A stretch of DNA of 64,000 nucleotides from an uncultured Chloroflexia bacterium (GCA_963762985.1 CAVXMK010000008.1:43855-107854), one strand, 5' to 3'. Positions 1 through 12,200 are shown, counted from the stretch's first letter. The notes: generated by a model not told the origin, from the letters alone. Translations and numbers: made by a program.

Positions 1-2755
1 CTCCCGACCGGCACCTACGAAGCCGTGCTGGAAACGACGGTCGAAGCGCCCGATGTCGAGCAGCCCCAGGAAGCGCGGCAGCGCCGCTCCGTTTCGGTGC
101 GCGGCGGCAACCGCCCCACGCGGGCCGAGTTCCGCGTGCGCGCTCAGCAAAACCAGCGCGGTTCGCTGCTGATTCGGGTCCGCGACCAGGATGGGACGTA
201 CCTGGCCGGCGCCTGCTTCGAGCTGATTCGCGACGGCGAAACCGAACCGGACGTGGAGGTCTGCGACAACCGCTCCGGCGACGAGAACAGCTCCAACGGC
301 CGCATCCTCATCAGCCGGACTGCGCCCCGGCGGCTACACGCTTGCCCAGACGGAAGCGCCAAACGGCTTCGCCCCCGCCGCGGATCAGTCGGTGCGCGTG
401 CCTTCGCGCTCGGTGCGGGAAGTCGCCGTCACCAACCGCGCGGAACCGGACAACACCGCGAGTCTCGACGTCGAAACCATCAACCCGGAGGGCGAAATCC
501 TGCCCGGAGCCTGTTACGCGCTGCTGCGCGGGAACTCCACGGCGGAAGCCTGCGACGACGACGGCGGCGACGAGGGCATCACCCAATTCACCGACCTCGA
601 GCCCGGCAGCTATCTGGTGCGCCAGATCGAGCCTCCGGCCGGGGGATTCGCTCCCGCCGGCGACACGGCCACTCGCCTCGACCCCGGCGAGTCCGCGACC
701 GTCACCGTCACCAACGAGGCACGGCCGGGCAGCCTCTCCATCCGCAAGACCGACGACGCCGATCAGCTTCTCGGCGCCGCCTGCTTCGCCCTGGTCGTCG
801 ATGGCCGCGTCGCCTACTCCTTCTGCGACAACGACGCCAGCGACGCCAATCGCGGCGAAGGATCGATCGTGCTCGGCACGGTCGCTCCGGGCACGTACAT
901 CCTGCGCGAGACCCAACCGCCGGTCGGCTACCTCCCCTCCGCGGATCAGGACGTGACCATCAACGCCAATCAGCGCACCCAGGTCACGGTTCTCAACGAA
1001 CCGGAACCGGAACCGGAGGTCACGGGCGACCTGCGCGTCCGCAAGGTCGACACGCAGGGCCAGTCGCTGGCCGGCTCCTGCTTCACCCTGATCGACGGCG
1101 ACGGCAACTCGCTCGTGCCCCGCTGCGACGCCGACGACGGCTCCGACGACGGAACCATCCTGCTCGCCGGCGTGGAGCCAGGCAGCTACACCCTGCGCGA
1201 AACCCGCCGCCCCTCCGCGGATTACGAGACGGCGGCTGATGTAGCGGTCGAGATCATCGAGAATCGCACCGTCGACGTCGACGTCGAAAACCGGCTGCGC
1301 ACCGGGCGCATCCTCATCCGCAAGTTCGACCCGAACGGCGGGCCGCTGGCCGACGCCTGCTTCGAGATCGTCGACACCCCCAGCGAGGCCTGCACTGACG
1401 AGAACGGCGAGCTTGTCTTCTCCGGGCTGGCCCCGAGTGTCTACCGCGTCGTGGAGACGGAAGCGCCTCCAGGGTTCCTGGGCGGGCCGGCGCTTGACCC
1501 GGTCACGGTGCGCCCCGGCAGCACCACGACCGTGGACGTGATCAACCAGCCGGAGCCCCCGCCGCCGGACAGCGGCTCCATCCAGGTCCGCAAGTTCGTT
1601 TGCCTGGTCGAACCGGGCGGCGGCGGCATCGACTTCGTCGATTCGTCCGATCCGGACGGCGGTGGGTTGGCCCGTACCGCCGGCTGCAACCCCGGCGACG
1701 CCGCCTTCGTCCTCGACGGCCCCTCCGGCCCAATCGAGTTCCGCACCGGGGCCGGTGGCCGCTTCCAGACCACGGTCGACACCGGGGAGTACGTCCTCAC
1801 CGAGTTGGCAACCGGCGCTTCGGAAGCTCTGGTCGTCTCGATCAACACCCTGACGACGGTGGTGGTGGTCAATTACGTCGAACTGGAGACTCCGGCGCCG
1901 GCCGCGGTCGACGTGCTGAAGTACACCTGTGCCCCCGGGTTCCAGGGCCGCGTCTGGCTCGACTTCGCCGAAGGGTGCCTCAGCGACCAGAACCTCACCA
2001 GCAACGTCGGCTTCCGCCTCTCCGGCGCGGTTTCGGCCCGCCGCGTGACGGGCGACGCCGGATTCGCCGGCCAGACCCGCTTCGACAACCTCCCGCCCGG
2101 CGACTACCGCCTGCGCGAGGAGACGCCCCTCGGCGTTGTGGCCATCTACGCCTTCTGCGGTCTCGACCCGGCCGCGCCGGATGGGCGCGCCGTCGGCGAG
2201 TCGCTCGGGCTGCGCCTGGCGTCGGGGCAGAACGTCACCTGCTACTACTTCAACGTGCCGGAGGATCTGACCGGGAGCACCGGAGCGGTCACGGTCTACA
2301 AGTACGCCTGCCCCATCACCACGCCGCCCACCTCCTACGATTGGTTCGGCCACTGCAGCTCGCAGGGCGGTGGCGTCCGCTTCAGCCTGGCCATCCTCGA
2401 CGGCGACCGCTTCCTGCCGGTGATCACGGGCGCCACCGACGGCGACGGCATCCTCCGCTTCACGCGCCTGCAACCCGGCACCTATGAGCTTACCGAGGTC
2501 GACGCCACCTGGTGCCATGCCGAATCGGACAGCGTCACCGCCCAGGGCCACCTCATCGTGGAGGCGGGCGAGCGGGCCAGCGTCTGGATATTCAACTGCG
2601 TCGGGGCCAAGAACCCGCCGAATACCGGCGCCGGGCCGATGTGGTCCGGCGCGGCGTCGGCACTGCCAGGGATGGGGGCGGCCGCCGGAATGGCTGCTGG
2701 CTTGATTTGGCCGGTGGTGGGATTGTTTGGACTGCGGCTGCGGAGGGGGAGGTAG
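1..2755 (+). CDS. Large cell-surface protein with repeated SpaA/Cna-B-like (prealbumin-fold) domains and sortase-type C-terminus; 5' truncated, frameshift near 320
   Basis: Repeats of the type LxIRKxD..G..LxGACF...PGxYxLRETxxP; C-terminal PPNTG followed by a hydrophobic stretch and basic tail LRLRRGR; ORF 25.. joins ORF 392..2755. Confidence 0.8.
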
Positions 2756-2786
2756 TGCATTAGCCTCCAACGCCTCTCCCCGAACG

Positions 2787-2916
2787 CCCCTCATCCCCAG
2801 CCCTTCTCCCCGTGCGCGGGGAGAAGGGAGCGCTTCCCGGAGCGGGTTTCGCGACAACGAGCCCCTCGCCCTGCGCACAGGGCCGGGTGCCCTCAGGGCG
2901 GCGGTTGGGGTGAGGG
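2787..2916. repeat. Inverted doublet of the CCCTCA(C/T)CCC...hairpin repeat (REPIN-like)
   Basis: 2787-2828 CCCCTCATCCCCAG plus a perfect 12-bp stem CCCTTCTCCCCG/CGGGGAGAAGGG; 2862-2916 is an opposite-orientation copy ending GGTTGGGGTGAGGG. Confidence 0.75.
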
Positions 2917-3058
2917 TCAATCGGGACTGGGATAAGGGGATTGCGCCCTTATGTGGTGCAAACTCCAACAACTCGCTACTATTCGCCTCGATCATCCCAG
3001 CCGGAGCGTCCGGTCGTAATTTGGCACTCGTCAGTCGTCGCGGCGGAGCGTCGTCATC

Positions 3059-5024
3059 ATGCCCATGCGGGTCCGAATTCCTGGTCGTGGCGCGGCAACG
3101 CGGCTGCTGCTGGTCCTGATCCTGGTCGCCGCATCAGCCGCGGCCGGTCTGGCTCCGGCTGACACGCCGGTCGGCTCACCATCCCACGCCACCGCGAAGG
3201 AAGCCAAGAAGCACGAACGAGCCAGGGCGAAAGCGAAGACCAAGGAAAGCAACCGCAAGGGCACCAAGGACGGCAAGCAGAAGGGCAAGGACAAGCCCCG
3301 GCGCGGCAAGCGCTCGAAAGCCGCGCTCGACGCCCGCCGCATCGCCGCCGAAAAGGCGGACAGCCTCGAGGCGATGGAATGTGGCGGCGAGCTCATCGCG
3401 CTCCGGGTCGATGGCCGCGTCTACTGCACCCACGGCGAAGACGAGGCGCCGCCAGGAGGTGATGCAGCGACAGGCGCGGCGAGCGACGAAGCGGCAATCG
3501 CCGCCGAAAGCACCGCCCCGGCCCCGCGCGCCCTGTGCATCGATGATGGGGTCTCCGGTCCCCGCGTCCAGATGGTCTACGTCCACCGCATCGACCGCGC
3601 CAACCGCCTGGATGAGTTGCTGCCCACCTTCCGCCGTCTCGCCTCCGAGATGGACCTCATCTTCGACCAGAGCGCCCGCAAGACCGGCGGCTCGCTGCGC
3701 GTCCGCTTCGTCACCGACGCAACTGCCGCGTCGATGTTCAGCGCCTCGCGGTCTCCGACAACGCCATCTCCGGATTCGGCTCCCTGATCCAGAAGATGGA
3801 CGAGGCCGGCTACGACGACCTCGACCGCAAGTACCTGATGATGGTCGACGCAAGCGTCTTCTGCGGCGTCGGCACCTACGCCGGCGGCAGCAATGCCGAC
3901 AACCCCGACACCGAGGCGCACGACTTCACCGGCTACGCCCGCGTCGATGTGCCCTGCTGGGACGCCGGCAGCATGGCCCACGAGATTTCCCACACCATGG
4001 GCGCGGTCCAGAATTCCGCCCCCAACACCAGCCGCGGCGGGCACTGCATCGACGAGTGGGACGTGATGTGCTACTCCGACGAGCCGTTCAAGCCCAAGAT
4101 GCGGTTCGTCTGCGAAGATGGCGCACAGGACTTCCGCCTCGACTGCGGCAACAACGACTACTTCGCGGCCCGCCCGAAACCGGGGTCGTACCTCACCAGT
4201 CACTGGAACATGGCCGACAGCCAGTATCTGACGCACCGGCAGCGGGCAAACGTGCGTCGACGCCCGTATCGAGCCGGACGACGCCTTCTGGTTCGACTAC
4301 TGGAAGGTGCCGATGCCTGCCTTCCCGTTCGGCCATGACCAGCAGCGCGCTTTCTGCTCCGAACCGGGCGACACCGACTGGGCGCTCATCCGCGCCAAGG
4401 CCGGAGAGACCTATTCGGTCGAAACGACCAATCTGGCGCCGGGCGTCGATACCCGCATGGTTCTCTATCGCGGCTTCGAGGAGCAGCGCTGGGACGGCAT
4501 GGACGAGTTCGGGGCAAACGACGACCGCGCCGAGGGCGACCCCTCCTCCGCCATCACGTTTACCGCTCCCGCCGATGGTTCCTTCCTGGTGGGTATCGCC
4601 GAGGTCAGCGAGCGGGCCGGGATTGGACCAGACCTACACCCTGTCGATCGAGAAAACGGGCGCGGTCCAGGCCCCGCCGATGGCGCTCTCGCGCAATTCC
4701 GCCAAACCCGGCGGGGCGTTCACCGTGACCGTGGGCGACCTCGATCCCGCCGAATCTGTTGTCATCTGGCGCCAGCGCAATGGCCAGTCGGTCAAGCTCG
4801 GGGACGCCACCGCCAGGGAGGATGGCACGGCCAGCGCGACGTTCACCATCCCCCGCGGACTCACCAAGGGGACGTACCAGATCGAGGCGGTGACCGAGAA
4901 CCGCTCGGCCGCGACCGCTCCCTTCAAGGTGCTAACTGCCAAGGACGGCAAGGGTAAAGGGAAAGGAAAAGGCAAAGCCGGCAAAAACCGCAAGTCCAAA
5001 CGCGGCGGCAAAGACAAACGGTGA
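3059..5024 (+). CDS. Secreted zinc metallopeptidase-like protein with C-terminal PPC/Ig-like domains (frameshifts near 3725, 4235, 4620)
   Basis: Signal peptide; AHEISHTMG (HExxH) then HCIDEWDVMCY; PPC-like DTDW...GETYSVET...NDD; Lys-rich segments at both ends. Confidence 0.65.
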
Positions 5025-5162
5025 TCCCGTGCCCGCGAGCTGACGGCATTGCCGATCTCCCGCCTTGCCAACTTCATGAATTATGTCGCATTATTCCCAC
5101 CTGCCGCGGTCGGGTGATCGCGGAGCGAGACGCCCGATCCCCGTGGTGATGCCATCGTGCCC

Positions 5163-6545
5163 ATGCGAGTAAACGAGCAATCCGGGGTGTCCCTACCCAC
5201 GCGCGTACTGTTGGCCCTCATGGCCGCGGTCGTCGCTTTCGGCGTTCTCCCCATTGCATCGCTGGCGCCGGTTCCTCCCGCCTCCGCCCAGGAAGCGGAA
5301 GGCGAAGAGGTCATCGTCGTCCTCGAAGACGGTGAAGATCCGATTGCCGTCGCCGAGGAGCTGGGTGTCGACGTCACGCACGTTTACGAGGAGGTCTTTA
5401 CTGGATTCGCCGGGACGCTGCCGGCCGAGGCCATGACCGAAGCCCGCTCCACCCGCGCGGTGCAGCGTGTATTCCTCGATGGTCCGGTGCAGGCGGAAGC
5501 GCAGACGATCCCGACCGGCGTTCGCCGAGCCGGCGTTCCCGTGGAGCCCGGCACCGACAACCTCGCCATCGACTCGCCGATCGACGCCGACATCGCCATC
5601 CTCGACACCGGTGTCACGCACCGCAACGACCTCACCGTGGCCGGCGGCAAGGACTGCGTCGACCCGAAAAAGAAGAAGACCAAAAAGAAAAAGGGCAAGA
5701 AGGGGAAGAAGGGAAAGAAGGGAAAGAAAGACAAGAAGAAGAGCAAGAAGCAAAAGCGCAAGCAGCGGCGGAAGAACCGCGGTAGCAAGCCCTGGGAAGA
5801 CGGCAACGGCCACGGTACGCACACCGCCGGTATCGCCGCCGCCATCGACAACGGCTCCGGCGTCGTCGGCGTTGCGCCCGGGGCGCGCATCTGGGCCGTC
5901 AAAGTGCTTGACGCCAATGGGAACGGTACGTTCGGCGATGTGATCTGCGGACTCGACTGGGTCGTCCAGAAGCAGGGCACGATCGACGTCGTCAACTTGA
6001 GCCTCAGTGGCGCGGGAAGTGACGGTCCGTGCTCGAACACACCGTTTCACCAGGCCATCTGCAATGTGGTCGATGCCGGAATCCCGGTGGTCGTGGCCGC
6101 CGGCAATCAGAACACGAGCGCTAGCAGCCGCGTGCCCGCGGCGTATGACGAGGTGATCACCGTCTCCGGACTCGCCGACTCCGATAGCGCACCCGGCGGC
6201 GACGGGCCGACGACCTGCTTTGGTCACGGAGATGACACCTTCCTCAGCTTCTCGAACGACGGCCCGGACGTCGACATCATGGCCCCCGGCGACTGCATCC
6301 TCTCCCTATCGAACCGGGGAGAGCCAGTTCGCGAATCCGGGACCAGTGAGGCGACGCCGCACGTCGCGGGCGCTGCAGCGCACTTTATCGCTCAGGAAAT
6401 CGAAGTCACCGGCGACCGCCCGACGTCCGAAGAGACCAAGCAATGGCTGCTCTCTGAAGCTTCCCGTTCCCAAGCCGTCGACGGCGTCTCCGGCGACAAC
6501 GATGGCTTTCCTGAACCGGTCCTCTGGCTGGAGGTGCTTGAGTAA
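5163..6545 (+). CDS. S8 subtilisin-family serine protease with I9-like propeptide and Lys-rich insertion
   Basis: Catalytic motifs ILDTG, HGTHTAG, AAGN, SGTSEATPHVAG; N-terminal signal peptide. Confidence 0.9.
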   Translation: MRVNEQSGVSLPTRVLLALMAAVVAFGVLPIASLAPVPPASAQEAEGEEVIVVLEDGEDPIAVAEELGVDVTHVYEEVFTGFAGTLPAEAMTEARSTRAVQRVFLDGPVQAEAQTIPTGVRRAGVPVEPGTDNLAIDSPIDADIAILDTGVTHRNDLTVAGGKDCVDPKKKKTKKKKGKKGKKGKKGKKDKKKSKKQKRKQRRKNRGSKPWEDGNGHGTHTAGIAAAIDNGSGVVGVAPGARIWAVKVLDANGNGTFGDVICGLDWVVQKQGTIDVVNLSLSGAGSDGPCSNTPFHQAICNVVDAGIPVVVAAGNQNTSASSRVPAAYDEVITVSGLADSDSAPGGDGPTTCFGHGDDTFLSFSNDGPDVDIMAPGDCILSLSNRGEPVRESGTSEATPHVAGAAAHFIAQEIEVTGDRPTSEETKQWLLSEASRSQAVDGVSGDNDGFPEPVLWLEVLE

Positions 6546-6697
6546 CCATAGTTCGTCAAGCGCCCTAAAGGGCGAGGTAGATTCCGTTGGTTTGATGCGC
6601 AAACGACGTGCAAACGCCGATAGTCCATTCAGCCGCGCATTATGCACTTGGTCGCGGCGTAAAATAGCTCGAACGAACTTCCGGAGAGGTGAATCCC

Positions 6698-7126
6698 ATG
6701 CCCTCCGCAGCCTACACGAGCGCCAACGGTTGGTCGAGGCGCTCCCTGACACGCAGCATTGCTTATCCTGCCCTGCTTCTCGGCGCTGTCGCGTTTATGG
6801 CCTACGGGGCCTTCTGGCCGATCTTCGATACCCTTCCCGGCCGCGGAATCCAGCTCCTCACGGTTGTTGCCATCGCCACAACGGGCGCCGGCGGGCTTGC
6901 GTTGCCCCGCGGCAGCCGTCCCGCATTCCACATGCTCTGGGTCGCATTCGGCATGGCCGCGGCGCTCGGCACGGTGGGCATCTTCTCGGTCGGGTTCGTC
7001 TACCTCGGCGCCGCAGCGCTACTGGCTCTCGCCATCATCGCGACCCCGAACAGTTCAGATATCGAACTTCACTACGACTGGCGGTATGAAGCGGGGTTCC
7101 ATGCCGGGTACCTGGGCATCCCCTGA
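6698..7126 (+). CDS. Small integral membrane protein (about 4 TM), unknown function
   Basis: Hydrophobic ORF with GGAGAGG upstream. Confidence 0.55.
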   Translation: MPSAAYTSANGWSRRSLTRSIAYPALLLGAVAFMAYGAFWPIFDTLPGRGIQLLTVVAIATTGAGGLALPRGSRPAFHMLWVAFGMAAALGTVGIFSVGFVYLGAAALLALAIIATPNSSDIELHYDWRYEAGFHAGYLGIP

Positions 7127-7261
7127 TCTGAACTCAAGGCGTCCTCTTAAGCGAAACTCGGAAGCCGACCGTCGTCCCAGCGAGACCTGCCCTCGCCTCC
7201 CCAGATCTTCAACACCTTCAACATCTTCCGACAACCGCGCCAGAATCTTGGTCGCCAAAAG

Positions 7262-7317
7262 CCCCTCGCCCCGCGCACGGGGCCGGGTACCTTCTGGGCG
7301 ACGGTTGGAGTGAGGGG
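7262..7317. repeat. Solo copy of the hairpin repeat
   Basis: CCCCTCGCCCCGCGCACGGGGCCGGGT...GGTTGGAGTGAGGGG closely matches 2862-2916. Confidence 0.7.
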
Positions 7318-7425
7318 CGTACGCCAGGCGACGCAACTCGCTCTCCGCGACGGAAGATTGCCAGCCACCCTGCCCCGCCAAAGTTGGCATTCTTGGCAAA
7401 GTTGGCAAACTTCCCGGCGCCGCTC

Positions 7426-7815
7426 CTATGTCACGAGCGCCACGCACTCCACCTCCACCAGCGCCCCCATGGGCAGCTTCGCCACCTGCACGGTGGAGCG
7501 CGCCGGCGGGTTGTGCGTCAGATAACGGCCATAGACGGCGTTGAACGCGGCGAAGTCGTTGAGGTCCGCCAGGAAGCAGGTCGTTTTCACCACCTGGTCG
7601 AAACTGGAGCCGGCCTCGGCCAGCACAGCCGCCAGGTTCTGTAGTACCCGCTCCGTCTGCGCGCTGATGTCGCCTTCGACCAGCTTCATCGTCTCCGGAT
7701 CGAGCGGGATCTGCCCCGCGGTGAACACCAGCCCGTTGGCCACGATCGCCTGCGAATACGGCCCGATAGCCGCCGGTGCCCCGTCCGTCGCCACGATCGT
7801 CCGCTCGTGTGTCAC
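7426..7815 (-). CDS. ridA: RidA/YjgF family reactive intermediate deaminase
   Basis: APAAIGPYSQA, TAGQIPLDP, PARSTVQVAKLP, VEVEC; AAGGAG RBS before GTG. Confidence 0.9.
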   Translation of the reverse strand: MTHERTIVATDGAPAAIGPYSQAIVANGLVFTAGQIPLDPETMKLVEGDISAQTERVLQNLAAVLAEAGSSFDQVVKTTCFLADLNDFAAFNAVYGRYLTHNPPARSTVQVAKLPMGALVEVECVALVT

Positions 7816-7834
7816 AACACGCTCCTTGAACGCA

Positions 7835-7990
7835 GGTGACAAGGTGACAGGGTGTCGGGGTGTCAGGAGAGCCGGAGAGCCGCGGAATGCGCTTCCCACT
7901 ACCAACTCCCTTGGTCCCGCCACCTTGTCACCCTGTCACCTCAATACCCTATCACCCCCGTTACCCTAACACCCCAACACCCTATCACCC
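7835..7990. repeat. Inverted pair of short octamer tandem repeats (GGTGACAG-like / CCTATCAC-like)
   Basis: GGTGACAAGGTGACAGGGTGTCGGGGTGTCAGG at about 7835-7867 and the complementary run at about 7921-7990. Confidence 0.65.
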
Positions 7991-8052
7991 AACTACCGTC
8001 TATACTGCCCGCAACAATCACTCGCGCTCATCGTCTACCCGCCGGAGACTCG

Positions 8053-10321
8053 ATGAATCTCACCAACCGGCTGAGCGGCGCCGCTGCTCCCGGCCATACG
8101 CTGACGCTGCCGCTTCCTCCCCCCTCCCCGGCCCTGGCCCGGTCGATCACCCGCGTCCTCCTCGTCTTTCTTCTCTTCGTCGCCGCTGGCGCTGCCGGGC
8201 TGGGTTTGTATGCGTCCTCGTACTCGGGCCGCGTCCTGCAGGGAGTCGATGTCTCCGGGGTCGACCTCAGCGGACTCTCGATCGCGGAGGCCCGCGCCAG
8301 GCTCGACGATCATTTTGCCGCCTACGCCGCCACGCCGCTGACCCTCACGGCGGGTGAAAGGACTTTCCAGCTCACGCCGAGCGAGGCGGGCGCCCACCTC
8401 GACAGCGCGGCCACCGTTGAGCACGCCATGGCCTGGGGCCGCGAAGGATCCTTCTGGGACCAATCGCGGGCATGGGCGCGGGCATTGCTGCGGGGTGTCT
8501 CGATCACCCCGGTCGTTACCCTCGATGCCGAAGCCGCACGCGAAAGCATCGCCGCCTTCGCACCGGACATCGTCCGGCCGGCGGTCGATGCCACGCTGAC
8601 CTATGGTGCGGCGGGGGATGCGGAGATCGTCCCCGACGTCACCGGTATCCGCCTCGATTACGGCGCCACCCAATCAAGTCTCGCGGCCCGCATCGCCGCG
8701 TTCGGCAGTGACCCGGTTCCCCTCGTCACGCACGAGGAGCCGGCCGACATTACCGTCGCCTCCCTTTCGCCGCACTTGTCAATTGCCAGCGATGCCGTCG
8801 ATGCCTCGTTGACCCTCTCGGCGGTCGAATTCGTCTGGCACATCCCCCCTGAGAATCTGCGCCCGCTGCTGAGCGTCGATCCCGCCACGTCGACCCTGCG
8901 CGTCGACCGCCGGCCGATCGCCGCGCTCGTCGAAACTCTGGCGGCGGAAGTCAATCGCCCGGCCCGCGACGCCGGGATCACCGTTGATGGCAATGGCCGG
9001 CTCGCGGTCGTCCCCGCGGTTTCCGCGGCGAACGTCGACGTGGAAGCATCTGTCGCGGCCATCGCCGAAGGGCTCCTCGCTGGCGACAATGAGATCGCCC
9101 TGGTCGTGGCGGAAACCCCGGCCAAAATCTCGGATGCCATGGCCGCCGCCGCTGTCGAGCGGGGCGAAGATCTGATGGACGATGGCATCGCTCTTACCTG
9201 GAAGGGCGGCGAAGGCGTGCTCGACCGGGGCGATCTGCTGCGGGTGCTCACCATCCGCTCCCGGCCGGGCGAAGAGGAGCCGTTCGTCTTCGGTCTCGAT
9301 CCGGATCTGGTTGCGGGAGAGTCTCGGCGGCTACGCCGCGGAGTTCGACATCCCGGTGCAGGATGCCCGCTGGCGCATCATCGACGGCAAGATCCAGCTC
9401 GCCGTCCCCGAGAGCAAGGGGCGCGAGCTCGACCTCGAAAAGGGCGTCGCAGACGTTGCCACAGCCTTCCTGGCCGAAGAGCCCAAAGTCACCCTCCAGG
9501 TGCGCACCATCGACCCGGAGTGGACCGGTGCCGACGGCAGCGCCATCACCCTTGGCAGCGACATCCTGGGCGAAGGCGGCACCTGGTACGGCGATTCCAG
9601 CGACGCCCGGCGCCGCAACGTGGAGCTGGCCTCTTCCTTCCTCACCGGCTGGCTCGTGCCGCCGGACGGTGTCTTCTCCTACGCCGACAGCGTCGGGCTG
9701 ATCACCGAACAACGCGGGTTCACGACCGGGCTCGGCATTGTCGACAACGGAAACGGCGGTTTTACCACCGCCCCGGTCGTCGGCGGCGGCATCTGCCAGG
9801 TCTCCACCACCCTCTTTCAGGCCGCCTTCTGGGCCGGGCTGCCCTTCGAGGAGCGCCACCAGCACCCCTACTACCTGTCCACCTACGGCGAGGCGCTGAC
9901 CGGCCTTCCCGGGCTCGACGCCATGGTCAACATCGAACCCGACTGGCGCGTCGACCTCAAATTCCGCAACACCACCGAGCACTGGATCGCGGTGGTCATG
10001 ATCCCGGACGGGGCGATGGTCTACGCTCGCATCGTCGGCACCGATCCCGGCTGGGAGATCACTGTCCCCGCACCCACAATCGAAAACGAAGTCAAGGCGC
10101 CCACCGATATGCTCTACACCGAATCGCCCGAGTTGCCGCTCGGCCAGGAGCGCGTCGTCGAGGTCGCCCAGGATGGCTTTGACGTCCGCATCGACCGCAC
10201 CGTGCGCGACGGCAGCGAGGTGATTCTCCAGGACTCGATCTTCAGCTCGTTCAACCCCTCGCGCAACACCACCATGCGCGGGACCGGCACGGGACTCGAA
10301 GCGGGAACCCAGGGCGGCTGA
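8053..10321 (+). CDS. VanW-family protein with PG_binding_4-type repeats and G5-like tail (frameshift near 9310)
   Basis: N-terminal TM, GVDVSGVDLSGLS; C-terminal RRRNVEL...FSY...GGGICQVSTTLFQAA...ERHQH...DLKFRN. Confidence 0.85.
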
Positions 10322-10421
10322 CGGGCGTTCTCCCTGCACGGCGCCGGCTTGCTGCGAGTACAGGCCGGCGCATGCTCCGGTCGTCCGCTGGCCGGCGAAC
10401 TTGACCCTGGAAAGGATCACC

Positions 10422-11690
10422 ATGCCGATCGCTCCTCCCACCGAAAACGCCACCCGCCGCGGCCCGGATCGCCGTCTCATGGCGGCCGGAGTCCTCCTGG
10501 CGGCGGCCGCGGGCGCCTGGGTTGGCAAACAGTTGCAGGAACAGGCGCGGAAACCGTCCTCCGCCACCGAGCCGCCGCGCCTCATCGACTGGCGCGCCGC
10601 GCGCGACATCGCCGTATCAATGAGCCGGGATGAAGCCCTGACCATGCCGGAGCGACGCAAGCTGGACGCGGAGTACCGCCAGCTCGTCGCCCGCTGCGTG
10701 CCCATCGTCAGCGACTACACCGGCGACCGCCTCCCCGACGCGCCGGAGCGCACCTTCGCCTTCGATCGCGTCGACTGGGTCAACGCCAACATCGAGGCCT
10801 TCGAGCACATGTTCGCTCCCCTGGAAGGGATCCACCTCCTGGGCGACGCGGCGCAGCGCACCATCGCCGGCCAGATGCTGGGCACTCTCAACCAGAAGCT
10901 TCTCAGCGCCGAGGTCGGGCTGCTGCTGGGCTACCTCGGACGCAAGGTATTGGGCCAGTACGATCTGACCCTCCTCGGCCGCGAGCCGATGATTTCCGGC
11001 CGCCTCTATTTCGTCGCACCGAATATCCGCGCCGCCGAGCGCACCCTCAGACTGCCCAGCGACGAGTTCCGCATGTGGCTGGCACTGCACGAAACGACGC
11101 ACGCCTTCGAGTTCGAAGCGCACCCCTGGCTGCGCGACCATTTCAACGGCATGCTGGAGCGCTACTTCGAGTTCCTGAAAGACGACGCACAGAGCTTGCG
11201 CGCCGACGGTCTGGGCGGTCTCAAGCTCTACCTCGACCGCATCCGCTCAGGCAGCGGCGAATCCGGGAGCTGGCTGGAAGCCTTGATGAACCCCGAGCAG
11301 CGCGCCCTCTTCTCCGCCATGCAGGCCACCATGTGCATCGTGGAGGGGTACTCGAATCACGTCATGAACGCCGTCGGCCGCGATCTGCTGCCAAACTACG
11401 CCCTCATCTCCCGCCGTTTCGAGCAGCGCCTGGAGCAGCGTTCCCAGGCCGACCGCCTCCTGGCCAAACTGACCGGTCTCGACGTGAAACTGGAGCAGTA
11501 CCGCCTCGGCGAACAGTTCATCGACCGCATCGTGCGCGAGCGCGGTCACAACTTCGCCCGCCGCGTCTGGGACGGCCCGAACTACCTGCCGACCATGGCC
11601 GAGATTCGACAACCGGACCTCTGGCTGGCTCGCATCGACTATCGCGACGGGCGCGTCCCGGCCATGCCCGCGACCGTGGCCGCGGGATAA
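10422..11690 (+). CDS. Zinc-dependent metalloprotease, DUF2342/zincin-like
   Basis: LGQYD, LYFVAPNI, WLALHETTHAFEF, MCIVEGYSNHVM, KLEQYRLGEQF. Confidence 0.85.
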   Translation: MPIAPPTENATRRGPDRRLMAAGVLLAAAAGAWVGKQLQEQARKPSSATEPPRLIDWRAARDIAVSMSRDEALTMPERRKLDAEYRQLVARCVPIVSDYTGDRLPDAPERTFAFDRVDWVNANIEAFEHMFAPLEGIHLLGDAAQRTIAGQMLGTLNQKLLSAEVGLLLGYLGRKVLGQYDLTLLGREPMISGRLYFVAPNIRAAERTLRLPSDEFRMWLALHETTHAFEFEAHPWLRDHFNGMLERYFEFLKDDAQSLRADGLGGLKLYLDRIRSGSGESGSWLEALMNPEQRALFSAMQATMCIVEGYSNHVMNAVGRDLLPNYALISRRFEQRLEQRSQADRLLAKLTGLDVKLEQYRLGEQFIDRIVRERGHNFARRVWDGPNYLPTMAEIRQPDLWLARIDYRDGRVPAMPATVAAG

Positions 11691-11706
11691 GACCCGCGAA
11701 ACGCCG

Positions 11707-12175
11707 ATGCGGTGCCAGGAGTGCGGCGCCGACCCGCCGGGTGAGACATCCTGCCTCGACTACTTCCACGCGCTGCTCGCGGCGGAAGTGGAGAACGCGG
11801 AACTGCGCAGCATGCACGGGTTGACGGTGCTGACCTACCACCTGCAGCACCCGTCGCTGACGAAGACCGTGGTATCAGGTCTTGGGCAAGGAGGTCATGC
11901 GACGGGTGTTCGCCGACGGCGAGGACTGGGGCAATGTCCTGATGGAATCGCACCCGCGGCGCATCGGCCGGCGCGCGGATGCTGAAGTCGCTCGACTCAA
12001 GGCGGCGGGAGGGGCAACGATGCCTGGCTGGGTCGTCACTCAGCCAATTGCCGGGGAAGTGACGGTTACGGCCGTTTCTGCTGGGGCGCCGTCGGGGCAG
12101 ACCGAGCAGGTCCGGGCCTGGGCGCGATCCGTCGCCGAGCACCGCTTTCTCGACGGCAACCACCGCGAGTCCTGA
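11707..12175 (+). CDS. DUF5946-like protein (frameshift near 11870)
   Basis: CxxCG start, H-x-LTVLTYHLQHP, C-terminal VRAWARSV. Confidence 0.6.
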
Positions 12176-12200
12176 TGTTGCATCGGTCCCGGCGCCCATC

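Noticed and set aside
311-2995. 894-aa minus-strand ORF and other long antisense ORFs (e.g. 53575-55452, 44476-45924, 58895-60427)
   Set aside because: These are shadow frames of high-GC coding genes and carry no motifs.
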